The notes: generated by a model from the letters alone, not told the origin. A stretch of DNA of 64,000 nt from Elusimicrobiota bacterium (GCA_044221725.1 JBGAON010000001.1:448001-512000); one strand, 5' to 3'. Shown: positions 28,585 to 38,616, counted from the first letter of the stretch. Numbers and translations are program-made.

Positions 28585-29469
28585 ATGCCCGAGCGCGTGA
28601 CTTTTGCCAAAGCACGCGCGTGGCTAAAGCGTCGTCCCAAAAACGCCCACAAAGGAACCAGCGGTCGCGTTCTTATCCTTGCGGGCTCGCGCGGCATGGT
28701 GGGCGCCGGCATTTTAAGTGCGTACGGCGCCGTTCGTTCGGGTGCCGGACTTGTAAAACTCGCGACCGTGAAAAGCCAGCAGATGGTTGCCGCTAAACGC
28801 GGACCGCTCGAAGCCACCACGTTCGCGCTGCCTGAAGACACCAACGGCCGGATCAATGCGAAGGCAATTGCGGTCGTAAAAAGATTGATTCGCGATTGGC
28901 GGCCCGACGTGATCGCGTGCGGTCCAGGCTTGGGTCAAGGCCCGGGTGTTCGCGCATTGATTTCCGCGCTTCTTCAAACGAAAAATGGTCGGCTTGTGTT
29001 TGATGCCGATGCGTTGAACGTCTTCTCCAAACTCGGGACCGGTAAAAACAGAAGTACGCTCGTAATAACGCCGCACGTGGGCGAATTGGCGCGGTTGCTA
29101 CACGTTTCGCCGCATCACGTGGGCGCCCATCGCGAAGAATCCGCAAAGAAGGCGGCGACCAAATTTCACGCGATTTGTTTGCTAAAAGGTCCGGGAACCA
29201 TCGTGACAGACGGTAAGAAAGTGCTCGTGAACACGACCGGCAACCCAGCGATGGCGACGGGTGGAATGGGCGACGTTTTGACGGGAATTGTTGCGGCGAC
29301 GTGGGCGCAAGGAATTGCGTCGCCTCTCGAAGCCACAGCGCTCGCCGCTTACGTGCATGGACTCGCCGCGGATCTTGCAGCAAAGAAATTTCCCGAGCGG
29401 TCGATGATCGCCTCGGACGTTGCTAACTGTTTGCCGTTCGCATTTCGAAAACTTTGGAGGAACATATGA
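28585..29469 (+). CDS. nnrD: Stand-alone NAD(P)H-hydrate dehydratase
   Basis: HKGTSG, GPGLG, DADALN, ITPHVGE, MATGGMGDVLTG. Confidence 0.92.
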   Translation: MPERVTFAKARAWLKRRPKNAHKGTSGRVLILAGSRGMVGAGILSAYGAVRSGAGLVKLATVKSQQMVAAKRGPLEATTFALPEDTNGRINAKAIAVVKRLIRDWRPDVIACGPGLGQGPGVRALISALLQTKNGRLVFDADALNVFSKLGTGKNRSTLVITPHVGELARLLHVSPHHVGAHREESAKKAATKFHAICLLKGPGTIVTDGKKVLVNTTGNPAMATGGMGDVLTGIVAATWAQGIASPLEATALAAYVHGLAADLAAKKFPERSMIASDVANCLPFAFRKLWRNI

Positions 29470-29654
29470 CAGCGGTACTGTTGGGTATTGTTTTTGTTAT
29501 TTTGGGCGCGTTGGGGCTTATGCATTGGTTCCATTATTTTTGCGTTGTTGTGTGCGGAATTTTTCCGATTTCTATCCTGATCGGTGGCGTCGTCGCCATC
29601 ATGAGCGGGGTGACATCGTTACGGTCCGCTCGTCCGCATGACCGTAAGCAATAA
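29466..29654 (+). CDS. Small two-TM membrane protein
   Basis: GGAGG RBS, ATGA overlap with nnrD, two hydrophobic helices. Confidence 0.65.
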   Translation: MTAVLLGIVFVILGALGLMHWFHYFCVVVCGIFPISILIGGVVAIMSGVTSLRSARPHDRKQ

Positions 29655-30678
29655 ATCGAAACTCAAATCGGTTCGCCTCGGACATCTGGGGGAGCGCGGT
29701 TTCCTTCGAACTCTTCTTCCGCGCCTTTCAAAAAATGTCGGCGCTCCTTTCCTTGTTGCACCCGGCGACGACGCGGTGGTATTAAAAACAAAATCCCGCC
29801 CGGTGCTTTCGATTGATGGACTAACGGACGGTACGCATTTTCTCTCGCGTTGGGAAAAGAATTGCAAACAGATTGCCGGGTTTCCGTTGGCGCGCGGTCT
29901 CGGCTGGAAACTCATGGGCGCCAGCTTGTCCGATTTGGCTGCGATGGGCAAAACAAAAAACCGCTGGGCGATGATTTATTTGGGCGCGCCCGCCTCCATT
30001 TCGCTTGCGACGTTGCACGAGATTCAACGCGGTGTGAACGAGGCCGCTAAAAAATTCGATTGCGCGTTGGCCGGTGGTGACACCGTGCGCGCGAATGAGC
30101 TTTCGCTCGTGGCCGCGGTTGGCGGCGAACTCGTCGGTGCGCGTGCGCTTCAGCGCTCGGGCGCAAGGCCCGGAGAATTGATTTGCATCGCTGGGACCGT
30201 GGGCGACGCAGCGAGAGGCTTGGAAGTTCTTCAGAATAAAGCGCGCCGCGTGAAAGAAGCGGCCGCCGGCTATTTTGTGCGACGTTTTTTCGAGCATCGC
30301 CCGATGTTTGATGCCGGCGCCATCCTTTCCGACACGCCGGCGGTAACGTCTCTTATCGATTTGTCCGATGCCGTTAAAGACACCGTTGAAATTGTTTGTG
30401 AGGCATCGCGCGTGGGAGCGGCGATCAATGTGAACAAAATCCCGGTCTCGGCACCGTACCGCATAAATTTTTCGATCGATGAACAATTGTTGTTGGGCGG
30501 CGAGGATTACGCGCTCATGTTCACGCTAAAACCGAACGCGTTGCGATGGCTGCGGCGCCGATTGACCTTCTCGGTGATCGGCTGGACGCGGCCCGCTTCC
30601 AAATCAATTTCTTATTTTCTTAACGGCCGAGAATCTCAGCCGCGGACCTCGTTCCAACATTTCCATGGCCGCCCATAA
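29638..30678 (+). CDS. thiL: Thiamine-monophosphate kinase
   Basis: GDDA, SDLAAMG, GGDT, IDLSD, GGEDY. Confidence 0.93.
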   Translation: MTVSNKSKLKSVRLGHLGERGFLRTLLPRLSKNVGAPFLVAPGDDAVVLKTKSRPVLSIDGLTDGTHFLSRWEKNCKQIAGFPLARGLGWKLMGASLSDLAAMGKTKNRWAMIYLGAPASISLATLHEIQRGVNEAAKKFDCALAGGDTVRANELSLVAAVGGELVGARALQRSGARPGELICIAGTVGDAARGLEVLQNKARRVKEAAAGYFVRRFFEHRPMFDAGAILSDTPAVTSLIDLSDAVKDTVEIVCEASRVGAAINVNKIPVSAPYRINFSIDEQLLLGGEDYALMFTLKPNALRWLRRRLTFSVIGWTRPASKSISYFLNGRESQPRTSFQHFHGRP

Positions 30679-31141
30679 ATCCTTCGTGTTTGTGACCCGT
30701 TCCGCCGATGAAACGCGTGCGATTGGTGCGACGGTGGCCAATGCTGTCGAAGCGGGAGACGTTATTTTGTTTCTCGCCGATCTCGGTGCTGGAAAGACCA
30801 CATTTGTGCAGGGCCTCGTGAAAGCGCTCGGCGTGAATATGGCCGCGCTCAGCCCAACGTTTGTGATCGCGCAGACATACGACGGGCGAATCCCCATTCA
30901 CCACTTGGATTTTTATCGGCTTTCAGCGAAAGAGATTTTGGAAATGGGCGCGCAAGATTATCTCGTCGGTGGCGGCGAGATTGCGCGCGGGCTCGTGCTC
31001 ATTGAGTGGGCCGAGCGCTGCCGCGAGTTGTGGCCGAAAGAGCGGTTAGAAATTTCAATCCGAATCATTCCAAAAACAAATCACCGCGAGATTAAAATTC
31101 GCGGTATGGGAAAAAAGTTTGCGAATTTGTCTATCAATTGA
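30665..31141 (+). CDS. tsaE: t6A biosynthesis ATPase
   Basis: DLGAGKTTF, SPTF, HLDFYRL, LIEW. Confidence 0.95.
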   Translation: MAAHKSFVFVTRSADETRAIGATVANAVEAGDVILFLADLGAGKTTFVQGLVKALGVNMAALSPTFVIAQTYDGRIPIHHLDFYRLSAKEILEMGAQDYLVGGGEIARGLVLIEWAERCRELWPKERLEISIRIIPKTNHREIKIRGMGKKFANLSIN

Positions 31142-31760
31142 AACGAGCGGAAAAATGTTGGGCTTGGGCCTTCACGCGTTCGACGTGGGAGCACGTTTGA
31201 TAACGCTTGGCCGAACGCGCGATGAAGCGCCGGCCAAACAATCGGATCTTGTTATTCCGACGCTGGACCGCATGATGAAGAACGCGAAGATCCGTTTTGC
31301 CGATGTCGCACTTATCGCCGTGGACATCGGCCCCGGAAGTTTCACCGGTGTGCGTGTCGGCCTGGCGGTGGCGCGCACGCTGGCCCAAGCGTTGAATGTG
31401 CCGCTTGTCGGCGTGAGCAGCCTTGAGGCGATGGCGTTCAGCGAACGAAGAAAATTTCCGAGTCGTACGATTGTGCCGATCATCCCGGCTCTTTCGGGCG
31501 AAGTTTACTTTGCGGCGTATCGCGGCGACAAAACAGTTCTCTCTCCGCGCTGGCGTCCGGAGGCCGAACTCCAAAAAGCAATTGGGCGCGAAAAAGCGGC
31601 CGTGCAAGTAACGACGCTTGCCGATGAAGACGCGCTGGCCAAAGCGGCCGTGCAGCGGTTTCTTGCAAAGCCAGCGTCTTCCGAATTTCATTTTGAGAAT
31701 GTGAATCCACTTTATCTGCAGCCTTCATGGGCCGAGCGAACGAAACGTCAGAAGCGCTAA
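31119..31760 (+). CDS. tsaB: t6A biosynthesis protein
   Basis: LSIETS, GPGSFTGVRVG, PLY. Confidence 0.93.
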   Translation: MRICLSIETSGKMLGLGLHAFDVGARLITLGRTRDEAPAKQSDLVIPTLDRMMKNAKIRFADVALIAVDIGPGSFTGVRVGLAVARTLAQALNVPLVGVSSLEAMAFSERRKFPSRTIVPIIPALSGEVYFAAYRGDKTVLSPRWRPEAELQKAIGREKAAVQVTTLADEDALAKAAVQRFLAKPASSEFHFENVNPLYLQPSWAERTKRQKR

Positions 31761-32185
31761 GACCAATTAAAGAAGGCGAAGCGCTTTTGTTTGCTGCGTG
31801 GGAAGCAGCGGAGCGGTCGTATCCGTGGAGCACCGCGCAATTTGAGGAAACGCGGCAGCTTGGCGCCGTGTCACGGACGTTCGTTTTCGAGAGCGAAGAG
31901 GAAGTTCTCGGTTACGCGGTGATGAGCGTGGCGGAAGACGAAGTGTATTTGTCAAACATCATGGTGACGCCGCGTCGGCGGCGGGCGGGCATCGGAGCGA
32001 AAATTCTCCAAAAAGTTATCATGTGGGCCGCCGAAAAACGCGCACGCGTTATCGCGCTTGATGTGGACACTGCGAACGAAGCGGCCGTGCGGCTTTACAC
32101 GAAATTAGGGTTTGAAATTGTGCAGCGCCGAAAATCGTCGTATCCCAAAGGAGAAGACGCGTTTGTGATGAGGAAAAAAATATGA
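31727..32185 (+). CDS. rimI: RimI-like GNAT acetyltransferase
   Basis: PWS, RRRAGIG, N..AV.LY.KLGF, EDAFVM; follows tsaB. Confidence 0.85.
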   Translation: MGRANETSEALRPIKEGEALLFAAWEAAERSYPWSTAQFEETRQLGAVSRTFVFESEEEVLGYAVMSVAEDEVYLSNIMVTPRRRRAGIGAKILQKVIMWAAEKRARVIALDVDTANEAAVRLYTKLGFEIVQRRKSSYPKGEDAFVMRKKI

Positions 32186-34455
32186 GGTCGTTCAAGGAAA
32201 CGTCATTCCCGCGAAAGCGGGAATCCAGTTTTCAAAGCTTTTTCAAAAGATTGTTTACGGCCTGGATTCCCACTTTCGCGGGAATGACGTTCGTTACACT
32301 TTGCGCTATTCACTGCAGTTCGGCAACGGTTTTTGGGGCGCAGACGGGCCAGTCGGGTGCCGCGTACCAATCTTATTTGAAAGCGTTGTTGCTCGAGAGC
32401 CAGGGGAATTTTGCGGCGGCGAATTCTGAAATTGAAAAAGCTCTGACCGTCGCGCCCGAAAGCGCGTTCTTGCACCGAACGGCGGCCGAACTCGCATTGC
32501 GGCTTGGCCAAGTGAACCGCGCGAGCGACGAAATTGAGCGAGCGATCGAACTGGATCCGAAAGACGTTCGTGCGCTGATTGTTGCGGGTCAAATTCAATG
32601 GGCGCTTGGAGATTCCGAAAAGGCCGAGGCACGCCTGCGCCGTGCGCTGGCGATCAACCCCGATGAGTCCGAGGCGCTGATCAGCTTGGCCGGCACCATC
32701 ACACCGAAAAATCCGAAAGAAGCGATTAAGCTTTACAAAGATTTCCTTGTGCGTCATCCGAACGAAGCCGAAATTCAAGAACGGCTCGCGCAGCTTTACC
32801 AGGCCACGAACGATTTCAGCAACGCGAAGAAAACATGGGAAGAGGTGCTCGAGAACAATCCGAGTTCGGTGCGCGCGCATTTGGCGTTGGCACAGCTCGC
32901 TGAAATAAATTTCGATACCGCCACCGCCATTTCTCATTACGAAGGGGTGTTGGTTCAAGATCCGACGAACTTGCCATTGTTGTTGCGTGTCGGAGAATTG
33001 CGTTACCGGAACAACGATATGGCAAAGGCAAGCGAGGCGTTCACGAAAGCGCAAACGGTTTCGCCGTCGAGTCCCGCCGCCAATTTCTGGCTCGCGCTTC
33101 TTGCTGAAAATCGTGGTGATTGGCCCGAAGCCATTCGGTTATTAAAGAATGTTCCGGAAGGCACGCGCGAGACCGGCGTGATGCTGCGGCTGTCTTATTA
33201 TTATTCGCAAAACGGCCAATACAAAGAAGCGGTGAACGTTCTCAAGCGTTTGTCCGATAGCGATCCGTCCAATATCGATTTCCTAAATTATTTGGCGATT
33301 GCGTACGAGCAAGACAAACAGTTATCGAACGCCGAGGTTACGCTTAAAAAAATCATCGCTCTCGACCCGAACGATCCCGAAGCGCACTTTCATTTGGGTA
33401 CGTTGTACGACCGCACAAACCGTTTCTCGAAAGCCGAGGAAGAATTGAAGACCGCAATTCGACTGAAGCCCGATTTTCATATGGCGCTTAATTACCTTGG
33501 TTACAGCTACGGGGATCGCAATGTTCATTTGGACGAGGCCGAGAAACTTGTGAATGACGCGATTGCATTCGATCCACACAACCCCGCGTATCTGGATTCG
33601 ATGGGATGGATTTATTTCCGACAAGGCAAGTTGGACAAAGCGAAAGATTTCCTTCACGAAGCGTCGAGCCAAGTGAACGACTCGGTGATATGGGACCACT
33701 TCGGCGATTTGCAGATGGCGAGCGGTCAGCCCGTGGATGCCGTAATGTCGTGGGACGAGGCGCTGAGACTCAATCCCAAAGAAAAGGCGATTCAAGCGAA
33801 GATGGAAAAAGCAATGGCCCGAATCTCGAAAGCGGACAAGGTGGATTTGTTCGTTCGTCGCTCGCTCGCGAACTACGGAGATTTGGAGTCGATTCAGGGG
33901 CTATCGGAAATAACGGTTTGCCAGTCGAAGCCATGCTTTCGATCGAAAGCACAATTCGGCTACGAGCGCGGTGCCGATATCAAACTCGAAATTCCGGGTC
34001 CGCTGTCGGGTCCCGTGCTGTTGCTCACGAAAAAACACGGTCAAGCCGCAAAATACGGAGCGCTTCATCCGCAATTCCAAACGGTCGAGAAGGATGTGGT
34101 GCGCGCGTTTGACCGCCTCGAAAGTTTGCTTTCGGCCGAAGTGTTTAAGCAATACGATTTGAAAGAACTCGAACAGAATTCCGTTTTGAAGGGCAACGAG
34201 CTGTCGGCGTCGGCGAAAAATTTTCGTATCACATTCAATGCAAAAACCGGTGTCGTAAAAACGCTGGAATGGAACGACGATGATGGCCAGGAAACGCTTT
34301 CGATCGGAGCGGGCACAACGCCGCAATCGGCCTCGCTCGCAAAGACGATGGAATGGAAACGTGCGGCCACAAATTTTTTGATTCGAATTGAATTCCTGAA
34401 TCCCGTTGTTGCGACGAGCACCGCTTCCGACGAAACCGCCTCTTCGCGTCCTTGA
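32182..34455 (+). CDS. Exported TPR protein with a C-terminal beta-rich (possibly LolB-like) domain
   Basis: Many TPRs including ALNYLGYSY...AYLDSMGWIYF; directly upstream of ispE. Confidence 0.85.
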   Translation: MRSFKETSFPRKRESSFQSFFKRLFTAWIPTFAGMTFVTLCAIHCSSATVFGAQTGQSGAAYQSYLKALLLESQGNFAAANSEIEKALTVAPESAFLHRTAAELALRLGQVNRASDEIERAIELDPKDVRALIVAGQIQWALGDSEKAEARLRRALAINPDESEALISLAGTITPKNPKEAIKLYKDFLVRHPNEAEIQERLAQLYQATNDFSNAKKTWEEVLENNPSSVRAHLALAQLAEINFDTATAISHYEGVLVQDPTNLPLLLRVGELRYRNNDMAKASEAFTKAQTVSPSSPAANFWLALLAENRGDWPEAIRLLKNVPEGTRETGVMLRLSYYYSQNGQYKEAVNVLKRLSDSDPSNIDFLNYLAIAYEQDKQLSNAEVTLKKIIALDPNDPEAHFHLGTLYDRTNRFSKAEEELKTAIRLKPDFHMALNYLGYSYGDRNVHLDEAEKLVNDAIAFDPHNPAYLDSMGWIYFRQGKLDKAKDFLHEASSQVNDSVIWDHFGDLQMASGQPVDAVMSWDEALRLNPKEKAIQAKMEKAMARISKADKVDLFVRRSLANYGDLESIQGLSEITVCQSKPCFRSKAQFGYERGADIKLEIPGPLSGPVLLLTKKHGQAAKYGALHPQFQTVEKDVVRAFDRLESLLSAEVFKQYDLKELEQNSVLKGNELSASAKNFRITFNAKTGVVKTLEWNDDDGQETLSIGAGTTPQSASLAKTMEWKRAATNFLIRIEFLNPVVATSTASDETASSRP
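32199..32291. repeat. 93-bp palindromic element (GTCATTCCCGCGAAAGCGGGAATCCAG type), in frame in the TPR gene
   Basis: 30-bp near-perfect inverted arms; contains ATTCCC-N8-GGGAAT. Confidence 0.88.
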
Positions 34456-35333
34456 TTCTTCGCGCGCACGCCAAAGTTAACCTTCATTTGGATATCGGCC
34501 CGCGCCGTACGGACGGATATCACGACTTGGAAACCGTTTTCCAGGAAATATCGCTGCACGACACGCTGCGGTTTTCCGCTCATCCAAGCGAAATAATTTT
34601 GAGTTTGTCTCGAAACGCATCCGCACTTCCCACCACTTCCGATAATCTTGTTGTCCGCGCGCTCGAGATGCTCCGCAGAAAGCTCCGCGTGAAACGCGGC
34701 ATACGCGTGCATCTCACGAAGGAAATTCCAATGGGCGCCGGTTTGGGAGGGGGTTCGTCGGACGCGGCCGCCGCTTTGTGGGGCGGTTGGCTGCTTTGGA
34801 ACGCGCGCTCGGCAAAACGGCCGAGCAAAGTCCCCGCGGTTCTATTGTCGTGCGCTAAAAAACTGGGCGCCGATGTTCCATTCTTTTTGCAGGGCGGACT
34901 CGCTTACGCCACCGGCATTGGAGAAAAGCTGACGCCGCTCGCACCGCAGCCGAAGCGGTGGATGGTCCTCGTCTACCCGCGGGTGCACGTGGCCACGCCA
35001 CTCGCCTACAAGTTACTGGATGAATCCCGGGCGGGCCCTCGCCCTAACCCTCTCCCTAAAGGGAGAGGGAATAAGATCACCTCTCCCTTTAGGGAGAGGT
35101 CGGCCGAAGGCCGGGTGAGGGAATTCAACTCCTTCGAACCCACCATCCTCAAAAAATTCCCCGAAATCGCGCGCGCCAAGAACGCATTGCTCAATGCCGG
35201 CTGCACCGGCGTGATGATGTCCGGCTCCGGATCCACGGTCTTCGGGTTTGCGAAATCCAAATCCGCCGCGCAAAAGGTTGTTGCACGACTCCGTCGTAAA
35301 CCGTGGGATTCGTTCGTGGTTCATACTCGTTAG
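34452..35333 (+). CDS. ispE: 4-diphosphocytidyl-2C-methyl-D-erythritol kinase
   Basis: AKVNL.L, DGYHDL, PMGAGLGGGSSDAA, GADVPFF, MSGSGSTV. Confidence 0.96.
   Translation: MILRAHAKVNLHLDIGPRRTDGYHDLETVFQEISLHDTLRFSAHPSEIILSLSRNASALPTTSDNLVVRALEMLRRKLRVKRGIRVHLTKEIPMGAGLGGGSSDAAAALWGGWLLWNARSAKRPSKVPAVLLSCAKKLGADVPFFLQGGLAYATGIGEKLTPLAPQPKRWMVLVYPRVHVATPLAYKLLDESRAGPRPNPLPKGRGNKITSPFRERSAEGRVREFNSFEPTILKKFPEIARAKNALLNAGCTGVMMSGSGSTVFGFAKSKSAAQKVVARLRRKPWDSFVVHTR
35036..35121. repeat. Palindromic element, CCCTCTCCC family, in frame inside ispE
   Basis: CCCTCGCCC...GGGTGAGGG with two CCTCTCCC/GGGAGAGG hairpins and CGGCCGAAGGCCG. Confidence 0.88.
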
Positions 35334-35356
35334 TTTTTGTAGGATCCGTCCCTCAT

Positions 35357-35428
35357 TGGGGCGTCGCCAAGCGGTAAGGCACGGGCCTTTGGAGCCCGCA
35401 TTCGAAGGTTCGAATCCTTCCGCCCCAG
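35357..35428 (+). tRNA. tRNA-Gln(TTG)
   Basis: Acceptor stem TGGGGCG/CGCCCCA, anticodon arm CGGGC-CTTTGGA-GCCCG, GGTTCGAATCC; usual position after ispE. Confidence 0.95.
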
Positions 35429-35532
35429 TTTCGTGGTTTATATCTGGCAGATGCTTTACGGTTCATACCGCGCGAGCGCAGTTTTTGTGAATTAATGTAA
35501 GATCGCAACTCGATTTGTTTAATCCTGCTCTT

Positions 35533-36921
35533 ATGAAATCCATTTCCGTCCTCATTCTCGCCGCTGGCAAAGGCACGCGTATGAAATCGGACCTTCCCAA
35601 AGTTTTGCACAAAGTGGGAGGCGTGCCGATGGTGGAACGCGTGGTTCGCACCGTTCAGGCGTTTCGTCCCAGCAGTGTCTGCGTTGTGGTGGGACACGGC
35701 GGCGAGCGCGTAAAAGAGTCGCTTTTAAAAAATTTCCCGAACGTGAAGTTTGCTCAGCAGAAGGTGCAAGACGGCTCGGGCGGTGCGGTTCGTCAGGCTC
35801 TGGCGTGGCTTCGCTCGCAAAACGGACACGTCATTGTCGCCTGCGGAGACGCGCCACTCATCACCGCGCAAAGTTTCAAAGAGCTGATTGCCACGCACTC
35901 GAAGGAAAAAAACCTCGCCACGGTGCTCACCACAAAAATGCTCAATCCCTACGGATACGGGCGCATCGTGCGGGCTCGCGACGGTTCCGTCATGAAGATT
36001 GTCGAGCATTTGGACGCAACGCCGCAGGAGCTTGAGATTAACGAGATTAATACCGGAACCTATTGCTTCGATGCGAAGGCGTTAGCGAATGTTCTTCCGA
36101 AACTCACGAATGCGAATTCCAAAAAAGAATATTACCTGACCGACACTCTGGAGCTTTTGCGAATCCGCGGCGGTCGTATCGGCGGACTCATTTGCGTGGA
36201 TCCGGACGAAACGATGGGCATTAATAGTCGCGTCGAGCTCTCGAAAGCGAACGCGGCGCTTTACCGTCAGAAAGCGGAGTCGCTCATGGCCTCGGGTGTG
36301 ACCATTATTGATCCGGCCACCACCTATATCGCGGATTCGGTCAAAATCGGGGCGGACACCGTGATCTGGCCGCAAACCTTTTTGCTGGGAGACACGAAGA
36401 TCGGGTCTCGTTGCAAGATCGGTCCATGGGCGTATCTGCAAGATACAGTCATTGAAAATGACGTGATTTTTCAAGCCAGTTTTTCCGAGAAGTCGGTTAT
36501 CCGCTCGGGCGCGCGCGTCGGGCCGTACTCGCGCGTTCGGCCGAACAGCGAAATCGGCAAAAATGCTCATCTCGGCAATTTTTCCGAGGTCAAGAACACC
36601 AAAATGGGCGAGGGGGCGAAGGCCAACCACCTCAGTTATTTGGGGGATGCCAAAATTGGAAAAAATGTTAATATCGGCGCCGGTTCAATTACCTGCAACT
36701 ACGACGGCGTCCACAAGCATCCCACCCTGATTCAGGATAACGCCTTCATCGGTTCCAATGTGAATTTAATTGCTCCCGTGCGCGTTGGTGCGCACGCGGT
36801 TATCGGAGCGGGCTCGAGCATCTCACAAGATGTTCCGGCTTGGTCATTGGCGGTGGAACGTTCGGCGCGCGTGGTAAAGAAAGATTGGGCCAAAAGCCGG
36901 ATGAAGAAAGGAAAGAAATAA
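35533..36921 (+). CDS. glmU: Bifunctional UDP-GlcNAc pyrophosphorylase / glucosamine-1-P acetyltransferase
   Basis: LAAGKGTRMKS..PKVLH, EYYLTD, HLSYLGDA, CNYDG, hexapeptide repeats. Confidence 0.97.
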   Translation: MKSISVLILAAGKGTRMKSDLPKVLHKVGGVPMVERVVRTVQAFRPSSVCVVVGHGGERVKESLLKNFPNVKFAQQKVQDGSGGAVRQALAWLRSQNGHVIVACGDAPLITAQSFKELIATHSKEKNLATVLTTKMLNPYGYGRIVRARDGSVMKIVEHLDATPQELEINEINTGTYCFDAKALANVLPKLTNANSKKEYYLTDTLELLRIRGGRIGGLICVDPDETMGINSRVELSKANAALYRQKAESLMASGVTIIDPATTYIADSVKIGADTVIWPQTFLLGDTKIGSRCKIGPWAYLQDTVIENDVIFQASFSEKSVIRSGARVGPYSRVRPNSEIGKNAHLGNFSEVKNTKMGEGAKANHLSYLGDAKIGKNVNIGAGSITCNYDGVHKHPTLIQDNAFIGSNVNLIAPVRVGAHAVIGAGSSISQDVPAWSLAVERSARVVKKDWAKSRMKKGKK

Positions 36922-37854
36922 GTGACACCAATGAAACTTTTTGCGGGGAACGCAAACCCCGCGCTGGCCCGGGCCGTAGCGAAACAGTTGAAGATTCCAT
37001 TGGGAAAAGCGCACGTGGGGCGTTTCCCGGATGCGGAAATTGAAATAAAGATTTTGGAAAACGTTCGTGGTACCGATTGCTTCATTTTGCAGCCCACGAG
37101 CGAGCCGGCCAACGACAATTTGATGGAGCTCCTCCTTATTATGGATGCGCTCAAGCGTGCCAGTGCGAACCGTATCACGCCGGTCATTCCGTATTTTGGA
37201 TACGGTCGGCAGGACAGAAAGGCGCAGCCGCGCGTACCGATTTCGTCGAAGCTCGTTTCCAATTTGATTGTAACGGCCGGTGCCGACCGCGTTTTGACCA
37301 TGGATTTGCACGCGGGGCAGATTCAAGGGTTTTTCGATATTCCGGTGGATCACATTTACACGAACCCGGTGTTCATTAATTACTTTAAGCACAAAAGAAT
37401 GAAGGACGTGGTTGTTGTTTCACCCGATGCTGGTGGTGTGGAACGCGCAAGAGCGTTTGCGAAACGGCTGGAATACGATTTGGCGATCATCGACAAACGT
37501 CGCACCTCGCCCACCGATGCCGACATATTACATGTGGTCGGTGACGTGCGCGGCAAAGTGGCGCTCATCGTCGACGATTTGGTGGACACGGCCGGCACGT
37601 TGGCCAAAGCAGCAAAGGCGCTTATTAGTTCGGGTGCCACAAAAGTTTACGCGGCGTGTGCGCATGGCGTGCTCGCTGGTCCGGCGCTTGAGCGTTTGGA
37701 AAATGCGCCGCTCGAAGAATTGGTGATCACGGACACGATCGCGCTGAACGGAAAGAAGCTTAGCAAGATCAAAGTTTTAACGGTGGCTCCGCTGTTGGCG
37801 GAAGCGATCAAAAGAATACACGAAGAGCGCACGGTCAGTGCGTTGTTTGTCTAG
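36922..37854 (+). CDS. prs: Ribose-phosphate pyrophosphokinase
   Basis: PYFGYGRQDRK, DLHAGQIQGFF, VSPDAGG, DDLVDTAGT. Confidence 0.97.
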   Translation: MTPMKLFAGNANPALARAVAKQLKIPLGKAHVGRFPDAEIEIKILENVRGTDCFILQPTSEPANDNLMELLLIMDALKRASANRITPVIPYFGYGRQDRKAQPRVPISSKLVSNLIVTAGADRVLTMDLHAGQIQGFFDIPVDHIYTNPVFINYFKHKRMKDVVVVSPDAGGVERARAFAKRLEYDLAIIDKRRTSPTDADILHVVGDVRGKVALIVDDLVDTAGTLAKAAKALISSGATKVYAACAHGVLAGPALERLENAPLEELVITDTIALNGKKLSKIKVLTVAPLLAEAIKRIHEERTVSALFV

Positions 37855-37868
37855 AGAGGGAGAATGTC

Positions 37869-38609
37869 ATGCAGAGAGTTGAATTAGAAGTAAAGCCCCG
37901 CAATTTGGGCGATAACAAGAAACGGAACTTGAACCAACTTCGGGCCGAAGGCTGGGTGCCGGGGACCCTCTATGGAAACGGAAAGCCGGAGGAAATTGCG
38001 GTGGACAGCCGCATTTTCTCGAAAGCCATTCATACGAAAGCCGGAATGAACGCGCTCTTTAACGTGAAGTTTGGTTCGGAAACAAGCTTGGCCGTCGTGA
38101 AAGAAGTTCAGCGCCACATCTTGAAACACAATCCGATTCATGTGGACTTCAAGCGCATCAACATGAAGGAAAAATTGTCGGTGAACGTTCCGACGCACAC
38201 GGTCGGCGAAGCCCCCGGCGTTAAGAATTCCGGCGGTATTCTCGAACACATCACGCGCGAAATTCGCGTTAAGTGCTTGCCGGACGATATTCCGGTGTCA
38301 ATCGATATCGATGTGACGAAGCTCGAACTTGGCCATGGCGTGAAAGTGAAAGACTTGCCGGTCTTGAACGGTGTTGAATTTTTGACGAACGCGGAAACGA
38401 TTATCGTGAACGTTGTTGCTCCGAAGGTTGAAGAAGAGAAGGCGCCGGCGGCGGACGCAGCGGCAGCAGCGGGAGCGCAGCCCGAAGTTATCGCGAAGGG
38501 CAAGAAAGAGGAAGAAGGTGCGGCTCCGGCAGCGGGTGCGGCGAAACCGGCGGCGGGTGCTCCAGCAGCGAAAGCAGCGGCTCCAGCGAAAGAGGAAAAG
38601 AAAAAATAA
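37869..38609 (+). CDS. rplY: 50S ribosomal protein L25/Ctc
   Basis: LRAEGWVPGTLYG, KEVQRH, HVDF, GVKNSGG; Ala-rich tail. Confidence 0.95.
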   Translation: MQRVELEVKPRNLGDNKKRNLNQLRAEGWVPGTLYGNGKPEEIAVDSRIFSKAIHTKAGMNALFNVKFGSETSLAVVKEVQRHILKHNPIHVDFKRINMKEKLSVNVPTHTVGEAPGVKNSGGILEHITREIRVKCLPDDIPVSIDIDVTKLELGHGVKVKDLPVLNGVEFLTNAETIIVNVVAPKVEEEKAPAADAAAAAGAQPEVIAKGKKEEEGAAPAAGAAKPAAGAPAAKAAAPAKEEKKK

Positions 38610-38616
38610 TGTTTTG

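Noticed and set aside
38440..38609. Ala/Pro/Lys-rich low-complexity repeat in rplY
   Set aside because: Ordinary C-terminal tail of Ctc-type L25 proteins.
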